Shown here: positions 37,221-47,469 of the stretch, in pieces
Layout: the number at the start of each line of letters is the position of its first letter
Position numbering within the stretch: the first letter of the stretch is position 1
Assembly (NCBI GenBank): GCA_902595065.1
Contig: CACJOM010000004.1
Location: 79,734 to 143,733 of the forward strand
Direction: 5' to 3'
Source of the DNA: an uncultured SAR86 cluster bacterium
GTDB taxonomy: Bacteria; Pseudomonadota; Gammaproteobacteria; Magnimaribacterales; D2472
Length of the DNA stretch: 64,000 nucleotides
Translations under genes and position numbers: made by a program
The notes under the pieces: generated by a model
What the model was told of the DNA's origin: nothing
What the model saw: only the letters and a program-made list of their open reading frames with translations
Database searches by the model: none

Positions 37221-38392
37221 TTTGATAGTTCTGACATCCCCTCTTCTAAACCTTTTAACGTTAGTGGAAACATTCTGTTGTCCACCAGTTCTCTAATAAT
37301 ACATAATGATGAGGTATAGTCCCAGTGATCATCAGGAACCGGGTTTAACCAAGCTACCCTATCGAAATGATCGCAAAGACGTCTAATGGTTGCACCCCCA
37401 GGCTCTTCATTCCAATGCTCAATACTTCCTCCTGCATTAGTAATTTCATAAGGAGCCATAGTGGCATCACCTACAAAAATAACTTTATAGTCGGCACTAT
37501 ATTTATTAATAATGTCTTGTACTAAAAATCTTTCTTGGGTTCTTCTTCTGTTATCTTCCCACACAGATTCATAAACGCAGTTATGAAAGTAGAAATATTT
37601 TAAATGCTTAAATTCTGTTTTCAGAGCAGAAAAAAGCTCTTCGCAAAGTTTAATATATGGATCCATTGACCCGCCAACATCAAAAAAGATCAAAACCTTA
37701 ACGTGATTTGTTCTTTCAGGAATCATATTAATATCTAAAATCCCTGCATTTCTAGCTGTAGATTTAATTGTTCCATCCATGTCTAATTCATAATCTGTAC
37801 TTTGGCGTGCAAACTTTCTTAGTCTTCTTAAAGCAACTTTAATATTTCTCGTTCCTATCTCAACAGAGTCATCTAAATTTTGAAATTGTCTTTGCTCCCA
37901 AACTTTTACAGCCTTTTTATTGCCACCCTCTCCACCAACTCTCACCCCTTCAGGGTTGTTTCCATTATTACCAAAGGGTGAGGTGCCATTTGTACCAATC
38001 CACTTATTTCCACCCTCGTGCCTTTCTTTTTGCTCCTCAAGCCTTTTTTTAAATTCTTCAAGCAGCTTTTCTAAGCCTCCTAGAGACTGAATTTTTTTTA
38101 ACTCCTCCGGATCTAGTTCTTTCTCAAACGCTTTGCGCAACCAATCTTCTGGTATGAGCGCTTCAAAAATATCCTCTAATGTTTCGATGCCTTTAAAATA
38201 AATCTCAAAAGCCCTATCAAACTTATCGTAATTTTTTTCATCCTTCACTAAAATTGTTCTTGAGAGGAAGTAAAAATCTTCCATGTCAGCGAATGCAAGG
38301 TTTTTTTCAAGCGCACCCAATAAATCCAGCAATTCTCTTAAGGTGCAAGGAACTCCCGCAGATCGAACTGTATGAAAAAGATTAATTAACAT
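37217..38392 (-). CDS. VWA-domain protein, CoxE-like
   Basis: 391 aa. The C-terminal VWA has a MIDAS-like FFDVGGSMDP and a glycine-rich linker (GTNGTSPFGNNGNNPEG). Its start abuts the AAA+ gene stop with 0-nt spacing. Confidence 0.8.
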   Translation of the reverse strand: MLINLFHTVRSAGVPCTLRELLDLLGALEKNLAFADMEDFYFLSRTILVKDEKNYDKFDRAFEIYFKGIETLEDIFEALIPEDWLRKAFEKELDPEELKKIQSLGGLEKLLEEFKKRLEEQKERHEGGNKWIGTNGTSPFGNNGNNPEGVRVGGEGGNKKAVKVWEQRQFQNLDDSVEIGTRNIKVALRRLRKFARQSTDYELDMDGTIKSTARNAGILDINMIPERTNHVKVLIFFDVGGSMDPYIKLCEELFSALKTEFKHLKYFYFHNCVYESVWEDNRRRTQERFLVQDIINKYSADYKVIFVGDATMAPYEITNAGGSIEHWNEEPGGATIRRLCDHFDRVAWLNPVPDDHWDYTSSLCIIRELVDNRMFPLTLKGLEEGMSELSK

Positions 38393-39241
38393 TTACTTCG
38401 CTTGATCTCTCCTAGACATAAATGCAAGCCTTTCAAGAAGCTGCACATCTTGTTCATTTTTTAGGAGCGCACCATAAAGTGGTGGAATTGCTTTTGATGT
38501 ATCAGCATTTTTTAAGATTTCATCTGGCAGTTCGTCCGACATAAGCAATTTTAACCAATCAATTAATTCAGATGTTGAAGGTTTTTTCTTCAAGCCAGGG
38601 ATTTTCCTGACATCAAAAAATAAGTCTAAAGCATCTTTGACTAGCGCTTTCTTTATTTTAGGGTAATGAACTTTAACAATACCTTCCATGGTCGGGCGAT
38701 CTGGAAACTGAATATAGTGAAAAAAACATCTCCTCAAAAATGCATCTGGTAACTCTTTTTCATTATTGGAAGTAATAATAATTAAAGGTCTTTTTTTTGC
38801 CTTAATAGTTTCTCCAGTTTCATAGCAATAAAACTCCATTCGATCGAGTTCTTGCAATAAGTCATTAGGAAATTCAATATCTGCTTTATCGATTTCATCA
38901 ATCAGCAGAACTACTTGTTTATCTGATTCAAAAGCTTCCCACAACTTTCCCTTTTTTATGTAATTTTTAATATCTTTTACTCTTTCATCACCAAGTTGAG
39001 AATCTCTTAGCCTTGTAACTGCATCATATTCATAAAGTCCTTGCGATGCTTTTGTGGTTGATTTTACATGCCATTCAATTAATTCCATTCCAAGCGATTC
39101 AGCCACTTCAATAGCCAATAATGTCTTACCAGTTCCTGGCTCCCCCTTGATAATTAGAGGTCTCTCTAATGCTATAGTTGCGTTAACAGCCATACTGAGA
39201 TCTTCAGTCGACACATAATTTTTAGTACCAGTAAATTTCAT
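38393..39241 (-). CDS. MoxR-class AAA+ ATPase (CoxD/APE2220-like)
   Basis: 282 aa with Walker A GEPGTGKT, Walker B LLIDEIDKA and sensor/arginine region DAFLRRC. It is paired with the VWA partner. Confidence 0.85.
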   Translation of the reverse strand: MKFTGTKNYVSTEDLSMAVNATIALERPLIIKGEPGTGKTLLAIEVAESLGMELIEWHVKSTTKASQGLYEYDAVTRLRDSQLGDERVKDIKNYIKKGKLWEAFESDKQVVLLIDEIDKADIEFPNDLLQELDRMEFYCYETGETIKAKKRPLIIITSNNEKELPDAFLRRCFFHYIQFPDRPTMEGIVKVHYPKIKKALVKDALDLFFDVRKIPGLKKKPSTSELIDWLKLLMSDELPDEILKNADTSKAIPPLYGALLKNEQDVQLLERLAFMSRRDQAK

Positions 39242-39259
39242 TTGGTTTCCTTTTTTTAG

Positions 39260-40102
39260 TTATGAAGAAATTTTTTCTTCTGATTTTAAGATTTTTGCGA
39301 GCTGTCTGCTAGTAGCAACTAAGTTTCCGTTCATATCCCATATGTAGCAATCTTGCTCAAAATATCCATTGCTTATGTCTTTTGCAAAACCGTCAATGAA
39401 CAATAAACTTGTTTCAGGAAGTTGCCGAATATTACAAGTAAGTGCAAGCGTAGGAATCCAACCTAAAGGGCCATATTTATTTTGAACAACTGGCGGCAAA
39501 ATGTCTGAAAGATATGAAAGGACAAATGTATCAGCAATCCCTCCTTCCAACTCTAAATAAGCAGAACATCGAGCTTGAGCCTCTTCAGTAGAAATTTCTC
39601 TATCCCACCATGCATGATCTGGATGAACTGACATATTTAGTTGCTGGATAAACGATGGAGTTGAACCTGATTTAACACTCTCATAATTCATCACTTTAAA
39701 ATCATCATGTTTGACTGAATGCATTATTTGAGGCAATGGAGTTTCAAGGCCAGAATGACCTTTCATATATTGAAAATCAGAACATAAAGAAGAATATAGG
39801 CATGTGATTTTTTTATTTTGTATCAATTTAACTTGGCCCATCGATGATCCTCTTGAAGTTCTAAATACTTCAACATGCAACTCAGCTGGCTCAGGTTCAG
39901 TCCTATCTAGATAATATACGTTTGAATTTATTGCGCTTGGATGAGAAACTACTTCAGCTAACGCTTTATTCATAAGTGCTAAGAGATATCCTCCATGAGG
40001 AGTATTGCCAACAAAATATCTGGAATCGGGTATGAAAGAAAAAACAGTATCTGAAACTTTAGTTAGATCTAAAGCTGATTGAAATTGTTCAAATTGGTTC
40101 AT
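39260..40102 (-). CDS. Double-hotdog acyl-CoA thioesterase-like protein
   Basis: 280 aa. The N-terminal TPHGGYLLALM motif and two-lobed length are typical of the 4HBT_3/acyl-CoA thioesterase II-like family. Confidence 0.6.
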   Translation of the reverse strand: MNQFEQFQSALDLTKVSDTVFSFIPDSRYFVGNTPHGGYLLALMNKALAEVVSHPSAINSNVYYLDRTEPEPAELHVEVFRTSRGSSMGQVKLIQNKKITCLYSSLCSDFQYMKGHSGLETPLPQIMHSVKHDDFKVMNYESVKSGSTPSFIQQLNMSVHPDHAWWDREISTEEAQARCSAYLELEGGIADTFVLSYLSDILPPVVQNKYGPLGWIPTLALTCNIRQLPETSLLFIDGFAKDISNGYFEQDCYIWDMNGNLVATSRQLAKILKSEEKISS

Positions 40103-40147
40103 ATTGATAGATAATTACCTCATTATTGTAATAGATAGAAATTAAAA

Positions 40148-40933
40148 ATGGCTGGATTTATAGACATTGCTTGTAATTTTACTCATGAGTCTTTTAAACA
40201 TAATTTAGAAGAGGTGATTAAAAATGCAGAACAAGAAGACGTGGAAAAATTTGTGTTACTTTGTGCTAGCTTGACTGATCTTGATCCTATTAAGCTCATT
40301 CAAAATAAAGCTCCAGAAAAATATTTTATTTCAGCAGGCATTCACCCTCACCATGCAACAGAAATAGTTGAAATTAATTACGACAACTTATTAAAAAAAC
40401 TTAAATCAATTAATCCTCATGCTATTGGCGAAACTGGATTAGATTATTTTAGAAATATATCTCCACCTGATATTCAAAAAAAATCTTTTAGAATGCACAT
40501 TGAAATTGCAAAAGAATTAGGTCTCCCTCTGTATCTTCATCAAAGAGATGCTCACTCTGATTTTATTCGCATCATTAAAGAAAGAAGAATTAACTTTCCA
40601 AAGTTTGTAGTTCACTGCTTTACTGGAACTCAAAAGGAATTAGATGACTACCTCGAGTTGGATGCTTATATCGGGCTTACAGGATGGATCTGTGATGCAA
40701 AAAGAAATATTGATCTACGTCAATCGATTAAAAATATCCCTATTGAAAAAATGATGATAGAAACTGATTCTCCTTACCTGATCCCAAAAAACTTAATAAA
40801 TAAGCCTAAAAAAAATATCAATGAGCCAAAATACTTACCCCATATAGCAAATGAAATATGTGAGTTTACAGGATATGAATTGGAAGAACTTAAATTAGCA
40901 ACAAGCAATAATGCGATTAATTTTTTTAGCTAA
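40148..40933 (+). CDS. tatD: TatD-family metal-dependent deoxyribonuclease/hydrolase
   Basis: 261 aa with GIHPH, GETGLDY, HQRDAH, VVHCFTG, GWICD and ETDSPYL. It is collinear with my recollection of E. coli TatD. Confidence 0.9.
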   Translation: MAGFIDIACNFTHESFKHNLEEVIKNAEQEDVEKFVLLCASLTDLDPIKLIQNKAPEKYFISAGIHPHHATEIVEINYDNLLKKLKSINPHAIGETGLDYFRNISPPDIQKKSFRMHIEIAKELGLPLYLHQRDAHSDFIRIIKERRINFPKFVVHCFTGTQKELDDYLELDAYIGLTGWICDAKRNIDLRQSIKNIPIEKMMIETDSPYLIPKNLINKPKKNINEPKYLPHIANEICEFTGYELEELKLATSNNAINFFS

Positions 40934-42032
40934 AACAAGATCTGTCTAAATCAAACTTAGCGCAGATTTCATCGTTGTTTTCTCCTGCCTTAACCGAGGA
41001 ATGCTTAATTTTAGGGGCTGTATCAGAAAATCTAGGTGCGGGTGCGGGCTGAATAACTCCATCAATTTCTACAAATGAATTCCTTGCTTTCATATGATGA
41101 TGCTCTGGGGCCTCAGATAAATTTAAAACTGGTGCAACGCAAGCATCAGTACCATCAAAAATTTCTGCCCATTCATCACGAGTCTTTTCCTTAATTTTGT
41201 TTCTAATAATAGATTTTAGTTCTGGCCACAAATCTTTATTATGCTGATCCTGAAATTTTATATCTAAAATTTCTAATTTCTCTAATAGCACTGAATAAAA
41301 TTGAGGTTCAATTGCGCCAACTGCAAGAAACTTTTGATCAGCGCATTCATAAGTATCATAAAAATGTGCAGCTCCATCTAATAGATTGGACTCCCTTTCC
41401 TCCAACCAAAAACCAGATGCCTTAAAAGCATAAAACATTGACATAAGCACAGAGGCCCCATCAACCATTGCAGCATCAATAACCTGACCTTTTCCACCCT
41501 GTTTGATGTTAAGTAAAGCAGAAACAATTCCAAGAGCAAGAAACATGCCTCCGCCGCCAAAATCTCCTACAAGATTTAAGGGAGGTGGAGGTGTTTGACC
41601 CTTTCTGCCCATTGCCTCAAGCGCGCCCGTCAATGCAATGTAATTGATGTCATGGCCAGCGGTTTTAGCCAGAGGTCCATCTTGCCCCCATCCAGTCATC
41701 CTACCGTAAACTAAATTTGGATTAATCTTTAAACATTCATCAGGCCCTAATCCCAGACGCTCCATTACACCAGGTCTAAAACCTTCAATTAAGCCATCCA
41801 TGCTTTCAAGAAGCTTTTTAATTTCATGAATGGTTTGTGGATTTTTTAAATCTGCAGAAAGTGATAGTTTTGACCTATGTTGAAAATCTATTGTGTTTCC
41901 ATTTCCATGCTGGGATGATCTATCAATCCTGATAACTTCAGCCCCCAAATCTGCCAAGATCATTCCGCAAAATGGTCCTGGACCAATGCCAGCAAATTCC
42001 ACAAGACTGATTCCACTTAAAGGTCCCGCCAT
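40926..42032 (-). CDS. Family III CoA-transferase / alpha-methylacyl-CoA racemase-like
   Basis: 368 aa. The N-terminus MAGPLSGISLVEFAGIGPGPFCGMILADLGAEVIRIDR strongly resembles the Mcr/AMACR and CaiB/BaiF family. Confidence 0.85.
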   Translation of the reverse strand: MAGPLSGISLVEFAGIGPGPFCGMILADLGAEVIRIDRSSQHGNGNTIDFQHRSKLSLSADLKNPQTIHEIKKLLESMDGLIEGFRPGVMERLGLGPDECLKINPNLVYGRMTGWGQDGPLAKTAGHDINYIALTGALEAMGRKGQTPPPPLNLVGDFGGGGMFLALGIVSALLNIKQGGKGQVIDAAMVDGASVLMSMFYAFKASGFWLEERESNLLDGAAHFYDTYECADQKFLAVGAIEPQFYSVLLEKLEILDIKFQDQHNKDLWPELKSIIRNKIKEKTRDEWAEIFDGTDACVAPVLNLSEAPEHHHMKARNSFVEIDGVIQPAPAPRFSDTAPKIKHSSVKAGENNDEICAKFDLDRSCFS

Positions 42033-44492
42033 CTATGACTCCTGATTTGAAAATGCATTAAAAAAATTTAAGAGAAATGGTAACAAAGTTAAAGATGCAA
42101 AAAAAGAAACCATAAGTGCAAAGGCTGTAAACAAGCCAAATAAGACTGTTGGGGTAAAGCTTGAAAGAGCAAAGATAGAAAACCCTGCAGCTATGGTAGT
42201 CGCTGTATAAAAAACTGCTCTGCCCACTGAGTCATGAGAGTTTAGGATTCTTTGATTATTACTAAGATCTTTATTTTTAATCTCTGTTTTGTATCTGTAG
42301 AGATAATGAATAGTATTATCTACAGCCATTCCAACACTAATAGCAGCTACGGTAATCGTCATAATATCTAAGGGAATGCTTAACACGCCCAGCAATCCCA
42401 AAACAGAGCCTGCAGTTATTATGTTTGGTGCCAGTGCAATTAAAGTAATTTTTACTGATCTGAAGAGCAGCAAGATCATCAAGCCGATAACAGCAAAAAC
42501 CAAACCAAGAGATTTAATTTGTGATGAAAATAATGATTGAAGCATATTGTTATACAAAACAGCTAAGCCTGTTACTTCAAATTGCTCTTCATCTAAATCA
42601 AATATATTAACGAGATCAAAGTTAATTTTTTCTAGCAATTCTTTTCTATTTAATGTTTGAGCAGATTCAAGGACTCTTGCGGAAATTCTTACTTTTGAGT
42701 CATCTTTATTGATGTATGAATAGAGCAAAGTTTCTTTAATATCCTCTGGCAAGACAGAACGAAGCAATGCTAACTCTAAATCATTCAAATTATTGTCATC
42801 ATTTATCATTCTAGCCAATTTGATACCGCTCGCTACACTTAAAACTTTCCCCATTTCTGGGATCTCATCTAAATAGTCATGGATCTCTTCAACCTTAGCT
42901 AGGGATGTTGCATTCCACCAATAGCCAGATGCCTCACTTGAATCATCCATAAATAAATCATCTTCAAACAAGTCATCGTCATCAAAATCTGATTCATCAA
43001 ATATTTCATCAGGTGGCTGATCAATCAGGATGTCTAATGTTGCAGTGCCTCCTAATTCTTCATCAAGCAATAACATACCCTGATATATCTCCGTTTCAGG
43101 AGAAAAATAATCTATAAATCTGTTTTCAACTTCTAGTTTTGAAATTCCATAAATAAAAGAGATTGCCAGTAAAAGAAAAAAAATAGCAATCTGTTTTCCC
43201 TGATTTATAGATACAAGACCTAACCTAGAAGGTATTTTATTGATGAACTCTGCTGGGTTTGCGATAGGAGATTTAATTGCTAACTTCATTGCACTTGGTA
43301 AAAAGGTAAAAGTAAAAATAAATGCAAAAATCATACCAACTGACATCATCTTTCCAAATTCAATAACGGGCTTAATATCCCCCATTATTAATGAAAGAAA
43401 AGCTACGGCAGTAGTCAATGCAGCAAATAAGCAAGGTCTTACCATCTGATTTAAGGTTTTATAAATAGCGTCATCAACCGATTCAGAATTTCGACTAACT
43501 TCGGTGAATCTTACTAAAACATGAACAGTCAGTGAAATAGTTAAAATTAGCAACAGAGCAATGAAATTAGAGGAAATCACACTTATTTTCCAATCCATTA
43601 ACCCAAGAATGCTGGCTGTAAAAGCTGTTGTAATAATTGCATTTCCCAGTGGCAAAAGAACAAACCAAATATTTTGAAAAAACAGATAAAGCATCAAACA
43701 AAAAACTAAGGCAACGCCAATACCGAATATCAATAAATCTGATTTGATAAAACTCATCATATCCGTAGCAATCATTGATGCCCCGCCTAAAAATAAAGTT
43801 CCTTCATTGCTGTGTTGCGCAAGAATAAGTCTAATTTGAGATATCAAATTCGCTCGTTGTTTTGCTTCATCATCATTTAATTGAGAGATTTGCTTGTTAA
43901 TACTATTAAGTTCATTCTTTTGATTTAAAGAAAGATTTCCAAAACCAAGCAATTGATACCTCTTGTTAACCAATTTTCTATAAAGAGGATTCTCTTTAAG
44001 AGTTACCTGCATTGCTGTTGTCTCTCCTGACGGGCTAATAATTAGCTCTGAGTAGACTGGGTTATTTATAATTTCTTCTTTCGCAGCAGCAAAATTAATA
44101 TCCTCTGTTTCAAGGGTTTTAAGATTATCCATCAAATCAGCAAGGGGAACTTTTGGTTGAAAAAATATTGGTGCATCAAGAATTGTCAGAACAGATTGAA
44201 CTCCTGACAATTTTTCTAACTCAACGCCTATGGTTTTAATTGTTGCTAAAGATTGAGTTGAAAATAAATCAAAATTTGGAGTAAACGTGATGATTAAAAA
44301 ATCAGAATTGCCAAATACTTCACCAGTCTCTCTATATATTTTAAAGGCTTCATCACCTTCTATAACCAAAGCGTCAGAGGATGCGTCTAGTTTAAAATTC
44401 TTAAGTCCAATGCCAGCTGAAAGAAAAACAGCAATTATCAAAGCCATTACAAGAACTGGCTTCTTTAGAATAAATTGAAAAAATTGATGCAT
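42033..44492 (-). CDS. RND-superfamily (MMPL/HpnN-like) exporter
   Basis: 819 aa with two 6-TM bundles, each preceded by a large periplasmic loop. It abuts the CoA-transferase gene with 0 nt spacing. Confidence 0.8.
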   Translation of the reverse strand: MHQFFQFILKKPVLVMALIIAVFLSAGIGLKNFKLDASSDALVIEGDEAFKIYRETGEVFGNSDFLIITFTPNFDLFSTQSLATIKTIGVELEKLSGVQSVLTILDAPIFFQPKVPLADLMDNLKTLETEDINFAAAKEEIINNPVYSELIISPSGETTAMQVTLKENPLYRKLVNKRYQLLGFGNLSLNQKNELNSINKQISQLNDDEAKQRANLISQIRLILAQHSNEGTLFLGGASMIATDMMSFIKSDLLIFGIGVALVFCLMLYLFFQNIWFVLLPLGNAIITTAFTASILGLMDWKISVISSNFIALLLILTISLTVHVLVRFTEVSRNSESVDDAIYKTLNQMVRPCLFAALTTAVAFLSLIMGDIKPVIEFGKMMSVGMIFAFIFTFTFLPSAMKLAIKSPIANPAEFINKIPSRLGLVSINQGKQIAIFFLLLAISFIYGISKLEVENRFIDYFSPETEIYQGMLLLDEELGGTATLDILIDQPPDEIFDESDFDDDDLFEDDLFMDDSSEASGYWWNATSLAKVEEIHDYLDEIPEMGKVLSVASGIKLARMINDDNNLNDLELALLRSVLPEDIKETLLYSYINKDDSKVRISARVLESAQTLNRKELLEKINFDLVNIFDLDEEQFEVTGLAVLYNNMLQSLFSSQIKSLGLVFAVIGLMILLLFRSVKITLIALAPNIITAGSVLGLLGVLSIPLDIMTITVAAISVGMAVDNTIHYLYRYKTEIKNKDLSNNQRILNSHDSVGRAVFYTATTIAAGFSIFALSSFTPTVLFGLFTAFALMVSFFASLTLLPFLLNFFNAFSNQES

Positions 44493-44500
44493 GAGTTCAA

Positions 44501-44800
44501 TTATTTTTTAGAGCACTCGGGTGAGGAAAGTATCATTGGATTTTTATTATATTCTGCAATAGTGAAGGCCTGGATAGATAATGCATGAATTTTTTTCATA
44601 GTCTCAACTAAGATTTGATATATGAGTTGATGTCTTTTAACTTTAGTCATTTCAATAAAATCATCTGACACTATTACTAGCTTAAAATGCGTTTCAGAAT
44701 CTAAAGGCACATTGTGCATTAAGCTCTCATTCTCAAGGTACATTTTCTCAACAACCAGTCCATCATTGAGACTGTTGATGATGTTGTCATATGAGCTCAT
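44501..44800 (-). CDS. BolA-family protein
   Basis: 99 aa with the pattern HFKLVIVSDDF...VKRHQLIYQIL...IHALSIQAFT. Confidence 0.75.
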   Translation of the reverse strand: MSSYDNIINSLNDGLVVEKMYLENESLMHNVPLDSETHFKLVIVSDDFIEMTKVKRHQLIYQILVETMKKIHALSIQAFTIAEYNKNPMILSSPECSKK

Positions 44801-45237
44801 TTTGACTCCATTTTTAAAAGATATTCCTTATTAGCTTTTCCAAGTGCAAATTCTCCAATCGATCCATCTTGCTTAATTACTCTATGACATGGAATAAGAA
44901 GCGGAATGGGGTTTAATTTACAAGCTGTGCCAACTGCTCTTGCACCTCCCGGAACACCAATCTTATTTGCTAATGATGAGTATGATTCAGTTTGACCTTT
45001 TGGGATCTGTGTTAATGCTTTCCACACGCTTAGTTGGAAAGGTGATCCCTGAAGATAATATTTTGGAAATTTCTTTAGTTCACTGCTGCTAAAAAACTTA
45101 TCAATTATCTTCTGCAGGCTTAAATCAGAAGGATAGGCGGAGCTTCGTTTATTAATATAAACCAATTTAGCCAACAAAGAATTTACATAAAATGAATTAA
45201 ATTCTCCAATTGGTGTAGTTAAGGACTTAATTTCCAT
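44797..45237 (-). CDS. ogt: Methylated-DNA-protein-cysteine methyltransferase
   Basis: 146 aa with active-site IPCHRV and the upstream YSSLANKIG.P.GARAVG helix-turn-helix region. Confidence 0.85.
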   Translation of the reverse strand: MEIKSLTTPIGEFNSFYVNSLLAKLVYINKRSSAYPSDLSLQKIIDKFFSSSELKKFPKYYLQGSPFQLSVWKALTQIPKGQTESYSSLANKIGVPGGARAVGTACKLNPIPLLIPCHRVIKQDGSIGEFALGKANKEYLLKMESK

Positions 45238-45335
45238 AAAAAGATTTTAACATTGGAAGATATATCAAATTAATAAAATTTATAAAAAGATAGCTAACAG
45301 ATGTTGAAAATATAAATGTTCTTCAATCAATTATA

Positions 45336-45410
45336 TGGTGCGGCATCCGAGATTCGAACTCGGACCATCTGCTTGGAAGGCAGATATACTAGCCATTATA
45401 CTAATGCCGC
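45336..45410 (-). tRNA. tRNA-Trp (anticodon CCA)
   Basis: The reverse complement GCGGCATTAGTATAATGGCTAGTATATCTGCCTTCCAAGCAGATGGTCCGAGTTCGAATCTCGGATGCCGCACCA has anticodon loop TT-CCA-AG and a 7-bp acceptor stem. Confidence 0.9.
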
Positions 45411-45515
45411 TTTTTGAGGAAATCGTATATTACACTATCTTTGTATTAATCTTAATAAAAAAAGTTCTCTTTGGCTGTTATATATGATTACTAGTAAGTT
45501 AATATAATATAGATC

Positions 45516-45710
45516 ATGATATTTGATTTTTATCACCTTAAAAAAAACAGCATTAATTATGCTTCTCACGGAATAAGGGTCATTAAACTTTCTTTCGTTT
45601 TAATTGGGCTTGGGCTGGTAGGAATCATACATGGACTCCTTCCTTTTATTTTTGTTGATACAGTAAGCAATGGGATTAAGAAAATTGCTAGCCGGCTATC
45701 TAATTTTTAA
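45516..45710 (+). CDS. Small conserved-looking membrane protein
   Basis: 64 aa. The pattern H....K......IGL..VGIIHGLLPFIF...S resembles a small membrane-protein family seen in marine bacteria. This call rests on weak recollection only. Confidence 0.4.
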   Translation: MIFDFYHLKKNSINYASHGIRVIKLSFVLIGLGLVGIIHGLLPFIFVDTVSNGIKKIASRLSNF

Positions 45711-45711
45711 A

Positions 45712-46446
45712 TCACAGTACCTTGTATTGACGATAAGCTTGAGATGATTGGCAGACTGATTGCTCAAGTAATAACTCTTGAATTTCTTTACTAATTTCTA
45801 ATGCCTGCCATGATTTTACAAAATCTTTTCTAGTTTCCAATGAAGGAAAAATATTTGTCCATTGAAAATTACTGCTAGCGAGCTCTTTCTCAGAATAAAG
45901 TATATCTACCCGTAAATTATGTTTGATCATGGCATCTGTAAATTGCTCAAGAACTAACTTCATTGTTGCGAAATTAAATCCATCTAAATACTCACAATCT
46001 AATATTTCTGATATTACAGAAGAGCTATCTATATTTTGATCAAAAAGCCATAAGGCATTACTAGAAGCTAAGGAGTTTTGACATTTTGCAATGCTATCAA
46101 AATTCAATGCCGTAAGAGTAAGACTCAATTTATCTAAGGTAATAGCCTCAGAATGCCTTAGCATTATCTTAAAACTCATGATATCTATTTTGTCTCCCTC
46201 TACAGGAAATAAAAAATACAGCTCTTCTGCTGTTACTACAGTTTTGGAAAAACTATCAACAAATTTTGGTATGAATTGTTCAACAGAATTAAGGGTTTTA
46301 TTTGACTCTAATAAACAATTTAATGATGATTGCTTAAAAGAAAAATCTGGTTTAATAAAGTTACTTAATTCTAAATTTGAATTTTTTGAATCTCCCTGAC
46401 AACCTATGAGGCTGACGATACAAATAAATGCCAAAATGAACTTCAA
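45712..46446 (-). CDS. Hypothetical lipoprotein
   Basis: 244 aa with lipobox SLIGC. No family recognised. Confidence 0.5.
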   Translation of the reverse strand: MKFILAFICIVSLIGCQGDSKNSNLELSNFIKPDFSFKQSSLNCLLESNKTLNSVEQFIPKFVDSFSKTVVTAEELYFLFPVEGDKIDIMSFKIMLRHSEAITLDKLSLTLTALNFDSIAKCQNSLASSNALWLFDQNIDSSSVISEILDCEYLDGFNFATMKLVLEQFTDAMIKHNLRVDILYSEKELASSNFQWTNIFPSLETRKDFVKSWQALEISKEIQELLLEQSVCQSSQAYRQYKVL

Positions 46447-46485
46447 CTTGAATTTAAAATATTTAAATAATGAGATAATAGTAGT

Positions 46486-47469
46486 ATGAAAAATTATTTA
46501 TGCATACAAATTATATATTTGTTCATAGCTTTTAGCATTTCTAACAATGTGTATGCACTTAAATATGGTCTTGGTTCATGCCTTGATCAAAGATGGGAAC
46601 AAAATATTTGGTCGTCGATAGAAAAAGAAGACATAGATGGGTTTATTTTTTTAGGTGACAATGTCTATGGTGACTTACCAAGCGGAAAGCTAACAAAAAT
46701 GAAGCAAGCTTATGAAACTCAACGAAAAAAGCTGCCTAATTGGTTAATGAATGACAAGGAGATATTAGCAATATGGGATGATCATGATTTTGGTCTAAAT
46801 GATGGGGGCGGCAATTACCCTCTAAAAAAAAGTGCTGAAAAAATGTTTTTAAATTTTTGGAATATCCCGAGCGAAGATCCTAGGCGAAAAAGAGAAGGTA
46901 TTTATTTTAATCACATCAAAGAAATTGATGGAATCAAAGCTGAAATAATTGGTCTAGATACTAGATATTTTCGGTCGGAGCTAAGAGGTAAAAGCAATGC
47001 ATATAAACCAAATTTTGATTTTGATGCAACTATCCTTGGTAAATCTCAATGGAATTGGTTAGAAGGAGTCATTGAAAATTCAAGCGCGGATATTGTTATC
47101 ATCCTCTCATCTATTCAAGTGCTAGCTACAACGCATCCTTATGAAAAATGGGGTAATTTTCCCTTAGAGAGAGATAGATTACTCAAACTAATTGAGAAAG
47201 CATCAAAAAAACAAACACTTGTTGTAATTTCAGGAGATAGGCATAGATCAGGAATATATCAAAATAAAGACTTTATAGAGATTACAGCCTCATCACTTAA
47301 TAAAGCAGCATCACAGAATATAGAAACTGACCCATTATTAGTAGGAGAAACCTATCCAATAAAAAATTATGGAATTTTAGATATCAGACCAAGTTCCAAT
47401 GAGATTACAGTGTCTCTATTCGATCAAGGTGGAAGCAGACTCAACTCTAAAACAATCGATATTTTTTAG
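46486..47469 (+). CDS. PhoD-like metallophosphatase (alkaline phosphatase D family)
   Basis: 327 aa with a signal peptide and motifs FLGDNVYGD, WDDHDFGLND and SGDRH. Confidence 0.8.
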   Translation: MKNYLCIQIIYLFIAFSISNNVYALKYGLGSCLDQRWEQNIWSSIEKEDIDGFIFLGDNVYGDLPSGKLTKMKQAYETQRKKLPNWLMNDKEILAIWDDHDFGLNDGGGNYPLKKSAEKMFLNFWNIPSEDPRRKREGIYFNHIKEIDGIKAEIIGLDTRYFRSELRGKSNAYKPNFDFDATILGKSQWNWLEGVIENSSADIVIILSSIQVLATTHPYEKWGNFPLERDRLLKLIEKASKKQTLVVISGDRHRSGIYQNKDFIEITASSLNKAASQNIETDPLLVGETYPIKNYGILDIRPSSNEITVSLFDQGGSRLNSKTIDIF

